A DNA stretch of 64,000 nucleotides from Antechinus flavipes. Lineage: Eukaryota. The position numbers and the translations under genes were made by a program. Shown piece after piece: positions 13,067-27,263 of the stretch; positions within the stretch are counted from its first letter, which is position 1; every line of letters begins with the position of its first letter. Where the stretch lies: contig NC_067398.1 of the NCBI RefSeq assembly GCF_016432865.1, forward strand, positions 679,892,001 to 679,956,000. Direction: 5' to 3'. Below the pieces are notes generated by a model that did not search any database, was not told the DNA's origin, and saw only the letters and a program-made list of their open reading frames with translations.

Positions 13067-13750
13067 GATGATCTTTATTGGATTACTTTGGCTTTAATGA
13101 TTCTGAGTATATTTGCCTTCAAAAGGAGTATGCCCAAATTACTTTTTATTTATTGTTTGGGGATCAGGCCCTGCCTCCTGCAACTTTTCTTCATTTTAAA
13201 CTCACCTGATCAAAATTGATTTATGAAATAATGTTAACTGTTTGATATACTTACAGCAAAAGTCAAAGGGATTTTTTAGTTCCCTCAAATGATTGTTATA
13301 GTTAAGTGTATAAGGAAGGCTTTTCCTAATCCTAGTTTTGATATGTAAGTTTTCTTTCTCAGTCCATTGTGAATCTTCCAAATGAAGTTTATTTGTATCA
13401 TGATTTAATTTATCTATAGAGTCTGTTTAATGAGGTGATTTCCTTAAAGCATATATGAGATTATGACTACTCAACTAAATTTGTTCAACTTTTATGACAT
13501 TGAAGGAATCATGGGATTATGATTTTTTTTGTGATATATATGGCTACAGTATATCTGCTTCCTGGTATAAACTTCTGTCTCTGACTTACACCCCAAGACT
13601 TACTCAGATTGATCCCTCTTTGAGACATCCGGATAAGTTTGTCATCAATCTGGTGCCTACTCTCATGATGGCATTCTATCAAAGGAGATAAGTAGTAAAG
13701 AGGCTACCATTGAGTTGAGTTTTTAGGAACTCCCTCTGAAATCAATCCAC

Positions 13751-14130
13751 AAGCAGCTAAGTGGTACAGTAGATAACCTACTTGATCATGAAGATTTAAT
13801 CTTAATGAAATACCTAATGAAACTCAGTGGCATCAGAGCACCAATCCTGCAGTCAGGAGGACTTTAGTTCAAATCCAGTCTCAGATACTTATTAGCTGTG
13901 TGACCCAGGTCAAGTGACCTAACCCTGATTGCCTTCCCCCCAAAAAGGGGTTGTTTGGAAAAGTTACTATTATATTATTTAAATTTAACTTTTTGAGTGG
14001 CACAGTGTATAGAGTACCAGCCCTGAAGTCAGGAGGACTTGAGTTCAAATCTGATCTCAGACACTTAACTTCCTAGCTGTATGACTCTGGGCAAGTAAGT
14101 CACTTAACCCCAATTGTCTCAGCAAAAATA
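13751..14130 (+). mobile_element. Two adjacent CORE-SINE copies (about 13751-13945 and 13997-14130)
   Basis: Both carry gtcaggaggac...gagttcaaatc...tctcaga.actt...gtgac...aagt...acttaaccc. Confidence 0.8.
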
Positions 14131-14228
14131 AATTTAACTTTTTGTGACTAGAGATTGTTTGAAACCAGAATGTTACCTTGATCCCAGTAACTTTCCAGGA
14201 CTGCCAGAAGTAGCTACAAGAGATTTTT

Positions 14229-16433
14229 TAAAAAAAAATTTAATAGCTTTTTATTTACAAGTTATATGCATGGGTAATTTTACAGCATTGACAATTGCCA
14301 ACTTTTGTTCCAATGTTTCCCCTCTTTCCCCCCACTCCCTCCCCTAGATGGCAGGATGACTAATACATGTTAAATATATTAAAGTATAAATTAAATACAA
14401 AATAAGTATACATGTCCAAACCATTATTTTGTTGTACAAAAAGAATCGGACTCTGAAATATTGTACAATTAGCCTGTGAAGGAAATCAAAAAATGCAGGC
14501 GGGCAAAAATATAGGGACTGGGAATTCAATGTAATGGTTCTTAGTCATCTCCCAGAGTTCTTTCCTGGGTGTAGCTGGTTCAGTTCATTACTTCTGTATT
14601 GGAACTGATTTGATTCATCTCATTGTTGAAGAGGGCCACGTCCATCAGAATTGATCATCATATAGTATTGTTGTTGAAGTATATAATGATCTCCTGGTCC
14701 TACTCATTTCACTCAGCATCAGTTCATGTAAGTCTCTCCAGGCCTTTCTGAAATCATCCTGTTGGTCATTTCTTACCGAACAATAATATTCCATAATATT
14801 CATATACCACAATTTATTCAGCCATTCTCCAGCTGATGGGTATCTACTCAGTTTCTGGCCACTACAAAGAGAGCTGCCACAAACATTCTTGCACATACAA
14901 GTCCCTTTCCCTTCTTTAAAATCTCTTTGGGATATAAGCCCAGTAGTAACACTGCTGGATCAAAGGGTATGCAGTTTGATAACTTTTTGAGCATAGTTCC
15001 AAATTGCTCTCCAGAATGGTTGGATGTAGTCACAGTTCCACCAACAATGTATTAGTGTTCCTGTTTTTCCCACATCCCCTCCAACATTCCGCATTATCTT
15101 TCCCTGTCAATCTAGCCAGTGTGACAGGTGTGTAGTGGTATCTCAGAATTGTCTTAATTTGCATTTCTCTGATTAATAATGACTTGGAGCATCTTTCCAT
15201 ATGGCTAGAAATAGTTTCAATTTCTTCGTCTGAGAATTGTCTGTTCATATTTTTTGACCATTTATCAATTGGAGAATGGCTTGATTTCTTATAAGTTAGA
15301 GTCAATTCTCTATATATTTTGGAAATGAGGCCTTTATCAGAATCTTTGACTGTAAAAATGATTTCCCAGTTTATTGTTTTCCTTCTACTCTTGTCTGCAT
15401 TGGTTTTGTTTGTACAAAAACTTTTCAATTTGATATAATCAAAATTTTCTATTTTGTGATCAGTAATGATCTTTAATTCTTCTTTGGTCATAAATTCCTT
15501 CCTCTTCCACAGGTCTGAGAGGTAAACTATCCTAATCTCATTCTTTATGCCTAGATCATGAACCCATTTGGACTTTATCTTGGTGTACGATGTTAAGTGT
15601 GGGTCAATGCTTAGTTTTGGCCATACTAATTTCCAATTTTCCCAGCAATTTTTGTCAAACAGTGAGTTCTTATCACAAAAGCTGGGTCTTTGGGTTTGTT
15701 AAACACTAGAGTATTAAAGTTGTTGACTGTTTTGTCCTTTAAACCTAACCTATTCCACTGATGAACTAATCTATTTCTTAACCAATGGCTAGTCCACCTT
15801 CATTTGATTTTTTTTTCATTAATTCTCTTGAAATTCTTGACTTTTGTTTTTCCATATGAACTTTGTTCTTATTTTTTCTAGGTCATTAAAATAGTTTTTT
15901 GGGAGTCTGATTGGTATAGCGTTAAACAAATAGATTAGTTTAGGTAGTATTGTCATCTTTATTATATTTGCTCGCCCTATCCAAGAGCATTTAATATTTT
16001 TCCAGTTGGTTAGATCAGACTTAATTTGTGTGGAATGTGCTTTGTAATTTTGCTCATAAAGTTTCTGATTTTCCCTTGGCAGATAGATTCCTAAGTATTT
16101 TATACTATCAGTAGTTACTTTAAATGGAATTTCTCTTTGTAACTCTGTTGGATTTTGTTAGTGATATATAAGAACGCTGATGACTTATGTGGGTTTATTT
16201 TGTATCCTGCAATTTTGCTAAAGTTGTGGATTATTTCTAATAACTTTTTAGTAGAATCTTTGGGGTTCTTTAAGTATACCATCATATCATCAGCAAAGAG
16301 TGATAATTTGATTTCCTTATTACTTACTCTAATTCCTTTAATCTATTGATCAACTCTTATTGCCACAGCTAGCATTTCTAATACAATATTGAATAGTAAT
16401 GGTGATAGTGGGCAACCTGGTTTCACTCCTGAT
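14229..16433 (-). mobile_element. 2.2-kb 5'-truncated L1 (ORF2 3' part, frameshifted)
   Basis: Minus-strand ORFs 15030-15491, 14848-15033 and 14645-14896 give ORF2 motifs (IENFDYIKLKSFCT, REMQIKTILRYHYTP); perfect 16-bp TSD gctacaagagattttt at 14213-14228 and 16434-16449. Confidence 0.96.
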
Positions 16434-16739
16434 GCTACAAGAGATTTTTATTTTCTCTATTATTGGATATACTTAAACATTTATATTTTGAATCCACTCA
16501 GGCTTTATTTTAGTTCTACCCAAACTTACATTTTGGCTTTAACCAAATTCTACTGAATGTCTATATTTACTGATAACCACTTCAATCTATCTTACTTTTA
16601 AGTTAGTGGGTTTGTGTGGAGATAACCCTTATTTAAATCCTATATACACTATAAACCTTGCAGAATCTAAACAAGATGAAGCCACATCCTTTCCAGCTCA
16701 CTCACTCTTACCAAATTAATTTCTTTCTAAAACTCTTTC

Positions 16740-17040
16740 AGATTTTGGAGTTTGTTCTTGTTAATAACAATTTTCATCTGCTGGAATCCCAGTTAAAATA
16801 TTCCCTTCTACAGGAAACCTTTTGCAACCCCTCAATTCTAGTGCCTTTAAAGCCTCTGTTGATTATTTCCTATTTATCCTTTATATAGCTTGTTTGTATA
16901 TAGTTATTTACCTTGTCTTCTCCATTAGATTGTAAGCTCCTGAGGGACTGTGTTTTGCCTTTCTTTGTATCCCCGGCATTTAGCACAGTATAGCTATGTA
17001 GCACATAGTAATTACTTAATAAATGCTTATTGACTCATTG
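16740..17040 (+). mobile_element. L2 3' end
   Basis: ccattagattgtaagctcctgaggg...tagcacag...cacatagtaattacttaataaatgcttattga. Confidence 0.75.
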
Positions 17041-18009
17041 AACCTGGGGGCTGCTAAGTTAAAAGCAAGATTTGGTGCAGATGCTAGCAGTGGCCAAAGT
17101 GGGTGCCTTCTTTTACCCCATTTCTCTGCCCCTTCCCATCCTTACCTAGTAGAAATACTTTAATTATGGACCTTGGAAAGGAGAGGGACACTGCCTTGTA
17201 TCTATGAGGCTGATCAGGGCTCATTGACCTAAGGCCATAATGATGAGTGAAAAAAGAAAATTGCTCAATGGAAAAGGGAAATTTTTTTAAAGAGAAAAAG
17301 GAACAGGATAGGGAGGAAACACAGAAGGAATCCACAGGGATTTACAGCAATATGGAGACTTCAGTGTCATTTAGTCCACCCCTTCCTTTACAATTTAAGA
17401 AAATGAGGCATAGAGAAGTTATGTCCTGTTGAAGGTTATATAAGTGACAAAACCAGTATTAAAATCAGGTCCTACAACTTTTTAAGTTCAGTTCTTTTTC
17501 TCAATGTTCAAGGAGAAGAGAATAGAATAGTAAGAGAAGGATCTGGAGGCAAGGGCAATGTAAATCCTGTTTTCTTAGGACAAAAGAGTATTGCCTGTAT
17601 TATTTGCTTTCACTTAATAAAGTTTAAAATTACAAGTTTTGTTTTAGAAGATTGGGAGGCCCTATTGTTTCACAAGATTGGCTCATATTTAGTTTGTAGC
17701 TCATGAAAACCCTAATATCTGTCCTATGAGCTGTTGTCTAGCCACAATTCCTATATAAGCTTTCCTAAAAGCTAGATAAAAAAGAGAAAACATAGCCTAT
17801 ACTTAGGAATGTGAGCACTCTCTCTCAGTCTCAGAAAAAAGTAAAGAAATTGAGCTACAGAGAAAGAGATAAGTTATACCTATTTCTCGACAAATTTGTA
17901 GGAGATGGTAGAAAAGCTAGGTTTAGTGGAACAATTTATAGATGTTAAGTCATTTGGAATCTAGTACCTAGAGATGATACAAAGAGATCAACTAATTGAA
18001 CTCTCATTG

Positions 18010-18900
18010 TATAACTTTGATCATAAGTGATCAAAGTATATGAACAATTTTCAGATGAGAAAATTCATCTATAGTTATATGAAAAAATGTTCCAAATCAC
18101 TATTGATTAGAGAAATGCAAATTACAACATCTGAGGTACCACCTCACACATCTCAGATTGGCTAAGATGACAGAAAAAAAAAATGATAAATGTTGGAGGG
18201 AATGTGGGAAAACTGGGACACTACTGCATTGTTGGTGGAGTTATAAAATGATCCAATTATTCTGGAGAGCAATCTGGAACTGTGCCCAAGGGGCTATAAT
18301 ACTATGCATACTCTTTAACCCAACAGTGTCATTTCTGGATCTGTATCCCAAGGAAATCATAAAGGAGGGAAAAGGTATACAAGAACATGGGCAAAAATGT
18401 TTGTAGCAGCTCTTTTTGTGGTAGCAATGAATTGGAAAATGAATAGATGCCCATCAATTGGCTGAACAAGTTGTAGTATATGAAAGTAATGGAATATTAT
18501 TGTTCTATTAAAAAAATGAACAACCTGATTTTAGAAAGGCCTGGAAAGATTTACATGAAATGTAAATGCTGAGCGAAACAAGCAGAACCAGGAATAATAC
18601 ATTGTACACAATAACAAAAAGAATGTGCAATGATCAACTATGAAAGACTTGGTTCTCCTCAGGGGTTCAGTGATCCAAAGGAATCCCAATAGACTTTGGG
18701 CGGAAAACGCCATCTGCATCCAGAAGAAAACTAAGGAGACTGAATGTATGAACACATGCTATGTTCACTTCTTTTTTCTGTTTTCTTTTTTTTTTTTTTT
18801 AATCTCTTCTATGGTCTTTCCCTTTTGCTCTGATTTTTCTCTCCCAACAAGATTCATAAAGCAATGTGTGTTTTTTAAAAATGAATAATAAAAAAGAAAG
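18010..18900 (+). mobile_element. Older 5'-truncated L1
   Basis: ORF 18158-18406 is ORF2-like (KCWRECGKTGTLLHCWW); 3'UTR and A-rich tail. Confidence 0.85.
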
Positions 18901-19554
18901 CATATGTGATTTGTTCAAAATATCACAGGGCAATAATCACAAGAGAGAATTTTTTCTTATCTTTATCTTCAGACCATCCTTTTCTTCCCTTTTTTCCTTC
19001 CTCTTCTTAGTGAAGTGAAAAGAAAGATTTGTATGCAAAGTTCAAATCTTGGTTCAAATTCCAACTTACTATATGTTTGATCTTCAATAAATTATTTACC
19101 TTTCTGGTCCTCAGTATTCTCAGCTGTAAAAGGAGGGACTGATACTAAAATAACCTTGAAGGTCTCTTTCAGCTCTAAATATGATGCCATGTCCTGATCA
19201 GACTAAATCTGATAGTGCTAAGGGACTATGCTTCACACATTTGACACATGCAAAGAAGGCAAGTAGAGTGGAGAGGGATCATGAAATCATATAAGAGTGT
19301 GTCAAAGGAAATAGGCTAATCACTCCCTTTAAAATGAAGTATTGTCCTGTAGAAGATATATACTTATTGTGCTTGAGTTCTGATAGAAAAACTATGGCAA
19401 ATTATGGAGGTTACTGTAATAGGGAAGCAGATTTTAGCCCAGTATAACAATTCTCTGACAGTTGATTTAAAAAAAAAAAAAAAAAAGGACTTGGTTGCCT
19501 CAGTAAGTAGTGAATTTCCTAACATGGAGAGACCTTTTAAAAAGCTGGATAACT

Positions 19555-20270
19555 AAACAGTGCATACCCTTTGATCCAGCAGTGTTACTACTGGGCTTAT
19601 ATCCCAAAGAGATCTTAAAGAAGGGAAAGGGACCTGTATGTGCCAAAATGTTTGTGGCAGCCCTTTTTGTAGTGGCTAGAAACTGGAAAATGAATGGATG
19701 CCCATCAATTGGAGAATGGTTGGGTAAATTGTGGTATATGAATGTTATGGAATATTATTGTTCTGTAAGAAATGACCAGCAGGATGAATACAGAGAGGCT
19801 TGGAGAGACTTACATGAATTGATGCTGAATGAAATGAGCAGGACCAGGAGATCATTATACACTTCAACAACAATACTGGATGAGGATGCATTCTGATGGA
19901 AGTGGGTATCTTCAACAAAGAGACGATCTAATTCAGTTCCAATTGATCAATGATGGACAGAATCAGCTACACCCAGAGAAAGAACATTGGGAAATGAATG
20001 TGGACTACTTGCATTTTTGTTTTTCTTCCCAGGTTATTTTTATCTTCTGAATCCTATTTTTCTTGTGCAACAAGAGAACTGTACAGCTCTTTACACATAT
20101 ATTGTATTTAAGATATATTTTAACATGTTTAACATGTATGAGACTGCCTGCCATCTAGGGGAAAGGGTAGAGGGAGGGAAGGGAAAAGTTGGAACAGAAG
20201 TGAGTGCAAGGGACAATGTTGAAAAATTACCCATATATATATTCTATCATTAAAAAGCTATTAAAAAAAA
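19555..20270 (+). mobile_element. 5'-truncated L1 (young-looking)
   Basis: ORF2 C-terminus CIPFDPAVLLLGLYPKE...WRDLHELMLNEMSRTR; TSD aaagctggataact / aaagctagataact (about 19541-19554 / 20271-20284). Confidence 0.93.
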
Positions 20271-21441
20271 AAAGCTAGATAACTTAATGTTGGGGATGTT
20301 ACAAAAGGTGTTTTACTAAAGGTATATATACAGGAATAAATGATAGGTCAGCCTGAAGGTTTCCTGTTAGGAGTATCTGAGAGAAGAAAGGATCTGGTTG
20401 GGGGAGAAAACAATGGAAGCTGAGGTGGGCAGAGAAGCACCAGAAATTAGCATAGCAACCAGTGTCTTTTGTTTGACGTTTATCAAGCATGTGCTTGACA
20501 CTGTACCAGAGCCTATAAAAAATACACTCTTTTAAGTGTTTAAGAGTTATCTCTTCCACAATGAAGGGGATTAGGAGCATGACACCCCCACAATCTGGAG
20601 AAACTGAGTAAAGTTTTTTGGCACTCAAAAAAAAAAAGCTTTACCTTTTTCTGAGATGTTTACAGTACCTTATTGTAAAATTTACATTAAGTATTTGGCC
20701 ATAGACTTTGTCATTGCCTGTTCGTCTTCATGCATTCTCTTGCAGCTTCTGCAAAACTCTCCCAAAATTCTCATTTAATTTCTTATGCTAACACTTGATA
20801 TAGTGAAACCATGATGGAGAAAGTCAGGATATAAATGGGAGCTATTTTCAGGGAGCTCCCAACTTCTCAACTTAAAAAACAAACAAAACAAAGAAAACCT
20901 CATCTCCCCAAAGCCTTGTTCAAAAAGTGTTTATGACACATAGGTTTATAAATAAGGGATTGAATTTAGGATTTGGAGAACAGTCCCTATTCTCCTAAAA
21001 AAGAACGTCTGATACTGCAATAGGAGAATATTCTGAATCACATAGGAGTTTTTCCACTCTTTCCACAACAACCTCCTTTTTTTCTCACAGTCTAAGGCAC
21101 TAAATGAAGACAAATGGTTCAGTGAGTAAGGATAAAGGAAGCATGTCAGTCCCAGCCAAATAAAATGGGCTGACTCCAACCTCAGACTGGAAGGGGAAAA
21201 ACCAGCCAAAAGAGACAGGTGTGGTTGTCTCTGAATTCCAGGATTAAGCTAATCCCACCATGAGGAGCTCCACCCTTATTCCACACAGGCCAAAGATTAG
21301 TTCCCTAATCTGTCAAAGAGTTTCCCTCAAACCTCACTTTCCTCTGGTTTCTGCCTTTTCTCCCTCAGGTGTGTGTCCCCCTTCTAGCCTTAGCCTTTCT
21401 AACTGAGGTTTCCCAAACTGATGAAATCCCCAGGGACCTTC

Positions 21442-24288
21442 TTACTCCTCTTCCATTTTCTCCCGCACTTCAGCAGGCAGTCCCTCATACAGAGCCTCCT
21501 CCACCAGCAGCCCTGATTTCTTGAGCCCCCCACAGTTGCCAAGTTCTTCAGGTAAAGCCTCTAACCGGTTACCCTTGAGTTCTAGCCGGCTGAGGGCCTG
21601 CAGCGAAGCCACCCGTGGGGAGAGCTGGCTGAGATGATTGTACCCCAGTAATAGCGTCCTCAGCTTTTGGCAGAAAAAGAGTTCTTCCGGGAGCCCCTCC
21701 AGGGCATTGTAGGAAACAGCAAGATGCTGTAAGTTTTGGAGGTAGCTTACCTCTTGGGGCAAAGAGCGTAAGCCATTGTGAGAAATGTCAAGCAAGCGCA
21801 AGTTGGTGCAGAAACAGAGTTGAGATGGCAGGGTCTCCAATTTGTTGTGACTAAGGTACAACTGCTCTAAACCCTTGAGTTTGCGAATGTGTTCGGGAAC
21901 ATAGGCTATCTGGTTGTGCCATAACTTGAGAGTGACCAGCTTGCGACAATGTTGAAAGCTTAGGATCTCCTCGATGGAGCGGAGGTGGTTGTCCTTCAGG
22001 TCTAGCTCCTGTAACGCAGCCAAGCTAAAGACAGCATGGGGTATCCTCTCCAGCCCACATCCCACCAGCTCTAACTCCCTCAGAGCCATGAGCTTCTTTA
22101 ACCCATTGAGGGTCAGCAGCCGGGCCCCGTCATTGTGGATGCTGAGCCGCTGCAGGTGCCCGGCCACATCGGTCACACTGGGGGGCACTTTGCCTGCATT
22201 GCTTCTCAGGGAGAGGCTCTTGAGGAGCTTCAGCTCTTTGAGGCTCTCCAGATTAGCTGCCCGGCTAAGTTCTGCGGGGAAAAGACCTTCAAGATGAAGC
22301 TCTTCCAGGCCCCGGAGCCCAAACACCCACAGAGGCACTTCTCGAAGCTCCTCACACTTCACCCTCACCACCTTGAGTCGGTCCCTCAAGAAAACAAAGG
22401 AGGAAAAGGGCAGTTTGGCCGGGGAGTGCAGCAGACTGAGCTCTTCCAGGTGGACCAGCTGGGACAGGGTCGGAGGAAAGGTGATGTCGCAGATGGCCTC
22501 CAGCTTGAGAGCCTCGATCTCGCTCAGCTCAAAGACTGTGTCAGGGAGACCAGGCAGCATGCAGAGGGCCAGCTCCAGCCGCTCTCGCCCGTTGCGCTGG
22601 AGCTTCTGGCGCAGTTTCTCTGCTGTCCACTCGTGGTTGAGGTTGAGCTGCTTGAGCCGGCTCTCACTGACCTCCGAGAGGAAGACGGCAAAGCGTTTGG
22701 AGTAGAGAGAATCATATTGGTCAATGAGGTGGAGCATGAAAGCAAAGTCGTTCTTGACATCGGGGATGTCCCCCATGCCTGTCTCCTCCCTCACTGAGCA
22801 GAAAGAATACTCCTTGAGGGGCCGGTGGAAAAGCCAATAGAGTGTGTAGAGACAAGTGAGGCCATAGACACACACGAAGGAGATGTAGCAGAAGGCCAGC
22901 TTGGCGAAGAGGTGAGCCTTGGTGTGGTTGCAGCAGAAGCTGGCGTAGCCCGTGACTTCGGCCGTCTCCACCTGGCAGGCCACCAAGAAGCTGATCTTCT
23001 CCACATAGATGACGTTGTAGATCAGAATCGCCAGAAATTTGCAGACCTTGAGCACTGTCTGACGGATGTACATGGTGTATAAGATGTCGCCCTCCTCCAC
23101 GTGCACCCGGAACTTCTTCACCTTCTCAAACAGAGCTTTGGCCTGCTCTCCCTCCTTTTTGTCCAGCAGGGTGACAGCCGGGGGTTCCATCACCACCTTC
23201 TCTGGCTCCGTCAGCACCTTCTCTGACTCACCTGCCTTTCCCGTCCCCACGATGGCCGTGGCCGGCACCCGTCCCGAGGCGCCCTTGTGGTTCTCACCAG
23301 ACACCTCGGACAGGGCCCGAGTTGTCCACGGGGAGTCGAAGCATTTGCCCAAGATGGAAATGAAGTGCTCGATCTTGGAGCTGGTTCCGGGGAATTTGAA
23401 CCAGAAGCTTGTGCAGACCATGAAGATGAGAGTGTGGATGACAACCAGGTAGGGGAAGTACTTGGCATACCAGTGCAGGGCGGTCTCGTAGCAGAGCTGG
23501 TTGATGAAGCTATATTGTTGTAAGTCCAGATTGTTCTTGAGACCGCTGAGCTCCCGAAGGTCCTCTGAATCCCCAGAGATTGCCCGGGGCAGCGCCCCAC
23601 AAGGCGTCTCTGATAGATTCTCTCGGGGTACATGGCTGGGCAAGCAGATGATCTTGTCCTGAGTTACCTGAGATTTGGGGAGATAGGAACAGAAAGGATA
23701 AATATGCCTAGGGAGGCGGATGGGAAGAGCCTGGCTTCCAGCCCTGCTTTGGTGGCCAGAACTATTCTGTGCCTCAGTTTCTCCTATTGTAAATATAGTC
23801 CCTCCCCACTTTGGCTCTCCCTTCAAAGATTTTACAAAACACACAATTAAAAAGCTCTGTAACTTTAAGGAATTCCTGGAGTGCCGACACTCCTGCTGAT
23901 CACATACAGGTTTGCCAAGTTTTGGGTCCTAGCCTCTAAAAGAACCCTATACTCAAAAGGGATCCCAGAGGATCATCTCTCACATCTTCAATTCAACCTT
24001 ACTCTGCCTTGGCCTTGGCAGCTGCCTTAATGTTCCCTTTTTCTCCCCAATAAAGATCTTCTCTCTCTTCCCCCAAGACTCACCTCCAGCCCACCTTTGG
24101 GATTTTCCCAGTCTCTTTTCATGGTCTGTCCAAAGGACTGGGATCCTCACCTGCAGGGTACAGCCAAAAACCCCGATCATGAGCATGGCCACTGTGATGT
24201 ATTCAGCTAGCACATCCCACCACGGCTTCAGCACTTTGAATGCGGGCTGCTGCTCTGTAAATTGCTTGAATTCAGCCACTGGGATCAT
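21442..24288 (-). CDS. LRRC8E: LRRC8E volume-regulated anion channel subunit, 787 aa; join(24288-24151, 23667-21442)
   Basis: [30 protein letters not shown]...GCTLQ|GTGAGG, then acceptor tctcag|[10 protein letters not shown]; transmembrane segments and C-terminal LRR array; 138+2226=2364 nt, in frame. Confidence 0.98.
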
Positions 24289-26559
24289 TCTGCCTCTGGG
24301 GGAATTATAGAATGTCAGAATTGGAAAGGACCCCAAAGGTCATTTTACAGAGGAGAAAACAGAAGTTAGGAAAAGGAAAGGACTTGCCCAGACTTTAGTG
24401 GCGAAGTCAGGGTCAGGACACTATCTCTGACCACTGCTTTAATTACTCTAGCCTGCTGCCCAGAAACGATGCAACCAGAGAATAAATGAAGTGGCCCAAG
24501 AGGAGGGAAAGGACCCAGGCATTCCTTGGGCCCCTAACCCAGCTACTGCCTTAGCCTTCGGCCCCCAAGGTCTTCCTTTCTCACCCCAATGTTTTCTCAG
24601 GCCCTTCCCCATCATCAATCTAAATCTTCAGTTTCTAACGATCTCAGATTCTCAAACTGTCTTGAGTTCAGATGAACACCACCTCTCTGTTACTTTCCCT
24701 CCCTACCCCAGCTCTTTCTTTCCTCCCAGAATCCAGGGAGCATAGTCAGCTTCAGCCAAACACAACTCCCTCCCTGGGACCCACCCAGGCTGTCATCTCC
24801 CTCTCAGGAAACTCCAGAGTCCTAACTCTCCCTAACTAATGCCACAAATCGCCTCAAGGACTGAAGGAGCTTGGGAAACTCCTGCCTCCCAGACTCTGAA
24901 TTCCCATTCTGGGCTTTCCAAGGGTGGGACTGAGGCTATATATCTCCACCCCCACCCCATGGGGGCACTCCCCGTGCCACCTCCAACCCAGTGCCACTTT
25001 CAACCGGAAAAGCCGGCTGGAGCCTGGCTCTGATTACCAGGGCCCCAGGGGCAGGGAGTAGAAGAGTCAAACAGGGGCGGGTCAGTTGGACCTTCCTGGA
25101 AGGGGTAGCTGGACTCCTGGAGGGGCAGGGGTCTAGGCCCAGCTTGGAGAGGAAGTGAAAAATGCTGGGAGGGGTGGAAAAAGAAAAGTCTACCTGGCTA
25201 AGAACAGAGAATGGCCAGGGACAAAGGCATGGGAATCCTGGATCCTGACTGAGAAGGGGGAGGAGAGCCAGGATGAGGAGGCAGACACCCAGTCTTCCTT
25301 GTCTCTCTGTCCCTGGGTGTCCTTGCAAACCAAGCTATTTTTCCTACTTTGTTAAATGAGGGGGTTGGACCAGACCATTTATTTCTAAGGTCCCTTCTAC
25401 CTCTCTTATTCTAAGACTAGAACTATTATCCTGGGCCCTGGGGAGGCACAGGAAGCCAGGCGTGGGGGATAGGACTGGATCAGGGCCAAATACCACCTAC
25501 CATAGTATTTGGACTGGCACTTTGCCCTTTTAAATGAGCCTTCTTCATTGCCCCACTCTCTCCTTCAATCTCTCCTTCTTTTCCCCTCCCCCTTTCAAGT
25601 TATTTCAGCCCTAGGAAGGAAGAGAAGCAAAGACTACCTGGATATATCCCTGGGAAGAGATCTTGGATTCAGAATCCAAAAAGAGGGTTAGGGTGTGACA
25701 TACAGAAAAGGCAGGATTAGAGAGGAAGAACCTAAGAGTTTCCTGGTCAAGAAGAGCTAGACATGGAGGAGGGTTCCCCAAGTGTTCCTAGGTGCTCTTT
25801 TCTTTAAGGGAGCAGAGAAGAGACTCCAGGATCCATCTCCTCCAATCTGCATGTCTCTGCTATTACAGAAGTTGCTCCCTAGACGTGGCAATCCCATCTC
25901 TCCCTGATCTGATCCTGTCTCTGTCCTGATCCTCTTATCATTATCCCTGCTTTCAACTCCATCACTCTATTCAACCTTCACCATACAGCAAGCTAAGTAG
26001 AAATCTGGAACGCCATCTGCAACCCTGTTTACTAGCTGTGTGACTAATGCAAATTATTCCCCTCTCTGGACCTTAGTTTCACTGTCTGTAAGTGAGAAAG
26101 TCAGACAGGATGTTCTCTAAGGATGCTTCTATGGCTCTCTAAATACCTGACCGCCCTGTCCCTGTACTCTCTGTTCTAATGAGCCCTAGGTACAGAGTTC
26201 ATTTTGGGAATTGGACATAGACCTCTGGGTTCCAGATTAGGTTTTCACTTTAGACTCCCGCCAATTCCCCGTGGAAGGAGCTGACGAAACTCTACTGATC
26301 ATCCCCAAGCCCCAGCCAGCATCACTGACGTTCCCAGTCTCTTGGCCCTGGCATTCCAACAGCTCTTGCACAGAAAGGTATCTGGGGATACTAGGCCAGT
26401 GATCATACCCTTATGTCTAGAGCAGTTCGGTGTGCCCATAGAGACCCTCCTCCCCCACGCCTACTTACTATATGCTTGATTGTGTGTACTCCAACAGAGG
26501 CAAGCTCATACCTGTCTTTATTCACAAGGACCCTCATTCATGTACACACATCTACTAGG

Positions 26560-26657
26560 ACATCCTGACTCACACGCTGACACACACAGACACACACACA
26601 TGCTGACACACCCAAAGTTATAGTCAGAGGCCCAGTGCATGCACAGTAATCAAGTTA

Positions 26658-26700
<43 letters not shown>
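26560..26700. repeat. CA-rich tract with a pure (CA)n microsatellite (about 26659-26698)
   Basis: Direct observation, in LRRC8E intron 1. Confidence 0.9.
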
Positions 26701-27090
26701 ATAGACATTCACAATCTGTGATGCAGGCTCTGACACAAACACTGGAACATACCCACCCATGTGAGGGAGGATGGCCATACCTATGCTTGCTTGTGACACA
26801 TGAAAAAAACCAGAAACAGCCACATGACCCCAGCTCTGTAGAACACACACACATACAATCATATCTGTGACAACAGAAAAGGGTGAGTATGTTTGCACAG
26901 ACATACACTTTGTGGCATATAGATAGGCCTGGGGTTACAGGCCTTGATTCTCATATGGCCACTCTCCGTGTTCTAGCCCTTATAATCCTTTGCTGGCCCT
27001 CTCTTGTGACAAACTCTTTAAGTCCTCCACAAAAATAAGTTCCAGTTACTTTTTCAGCTTTATTTCATAGGATTCCCTTGACAAATAATT

Positions 27091-27263
27091 TTTTTTTCTT
27101 TCCTTTTTTTTTTTTTTTTTTTTTTTGGTTGAGGCATTTGGGGTTAAGTGACTTGCCCAGGGTCACACAGCCAGGAAAGTGTTAAGTGTCTCAGACCAAA
27201 TTTGAATTTAGGTCGTCCTGACTTCAGGGCTGGTACTCTATCCACTGCGCCATCTAGCTGCTC
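27091..27263 (-). mobile_element. CORE-SINE, antisense, with a long T-tract (A tail)
   Basis: ggggttaagtgacttgcccagggtcacacag...tcctgacttcagggctggtactctatccactgcgccatctagctgc. Confidence 0.9.

Larger units (their letters stand above)
9010..13750 (+). mobile_element. AT-rich ERV-like internal sequence, fragmented by later L1 and SINE insertions (tentative)
   Basis: PBS-like TGGTGTTCAGAACTG at 9061 resembles the tRNA-Leu PBS TGGTGTCAGAAGTGG; uniform AT-rich non-L1 sequence between insertions. No gag/pol ORF recognised. Confidence 0.3.

Noticed and set aside
21974-23850. Several plus-strand and alternate-frame ORFs of up to 220 aa over LRRC8E
   Set aside because: Shadow ORFs of a GC-rich coding exon; no independent motifs or splice signals.
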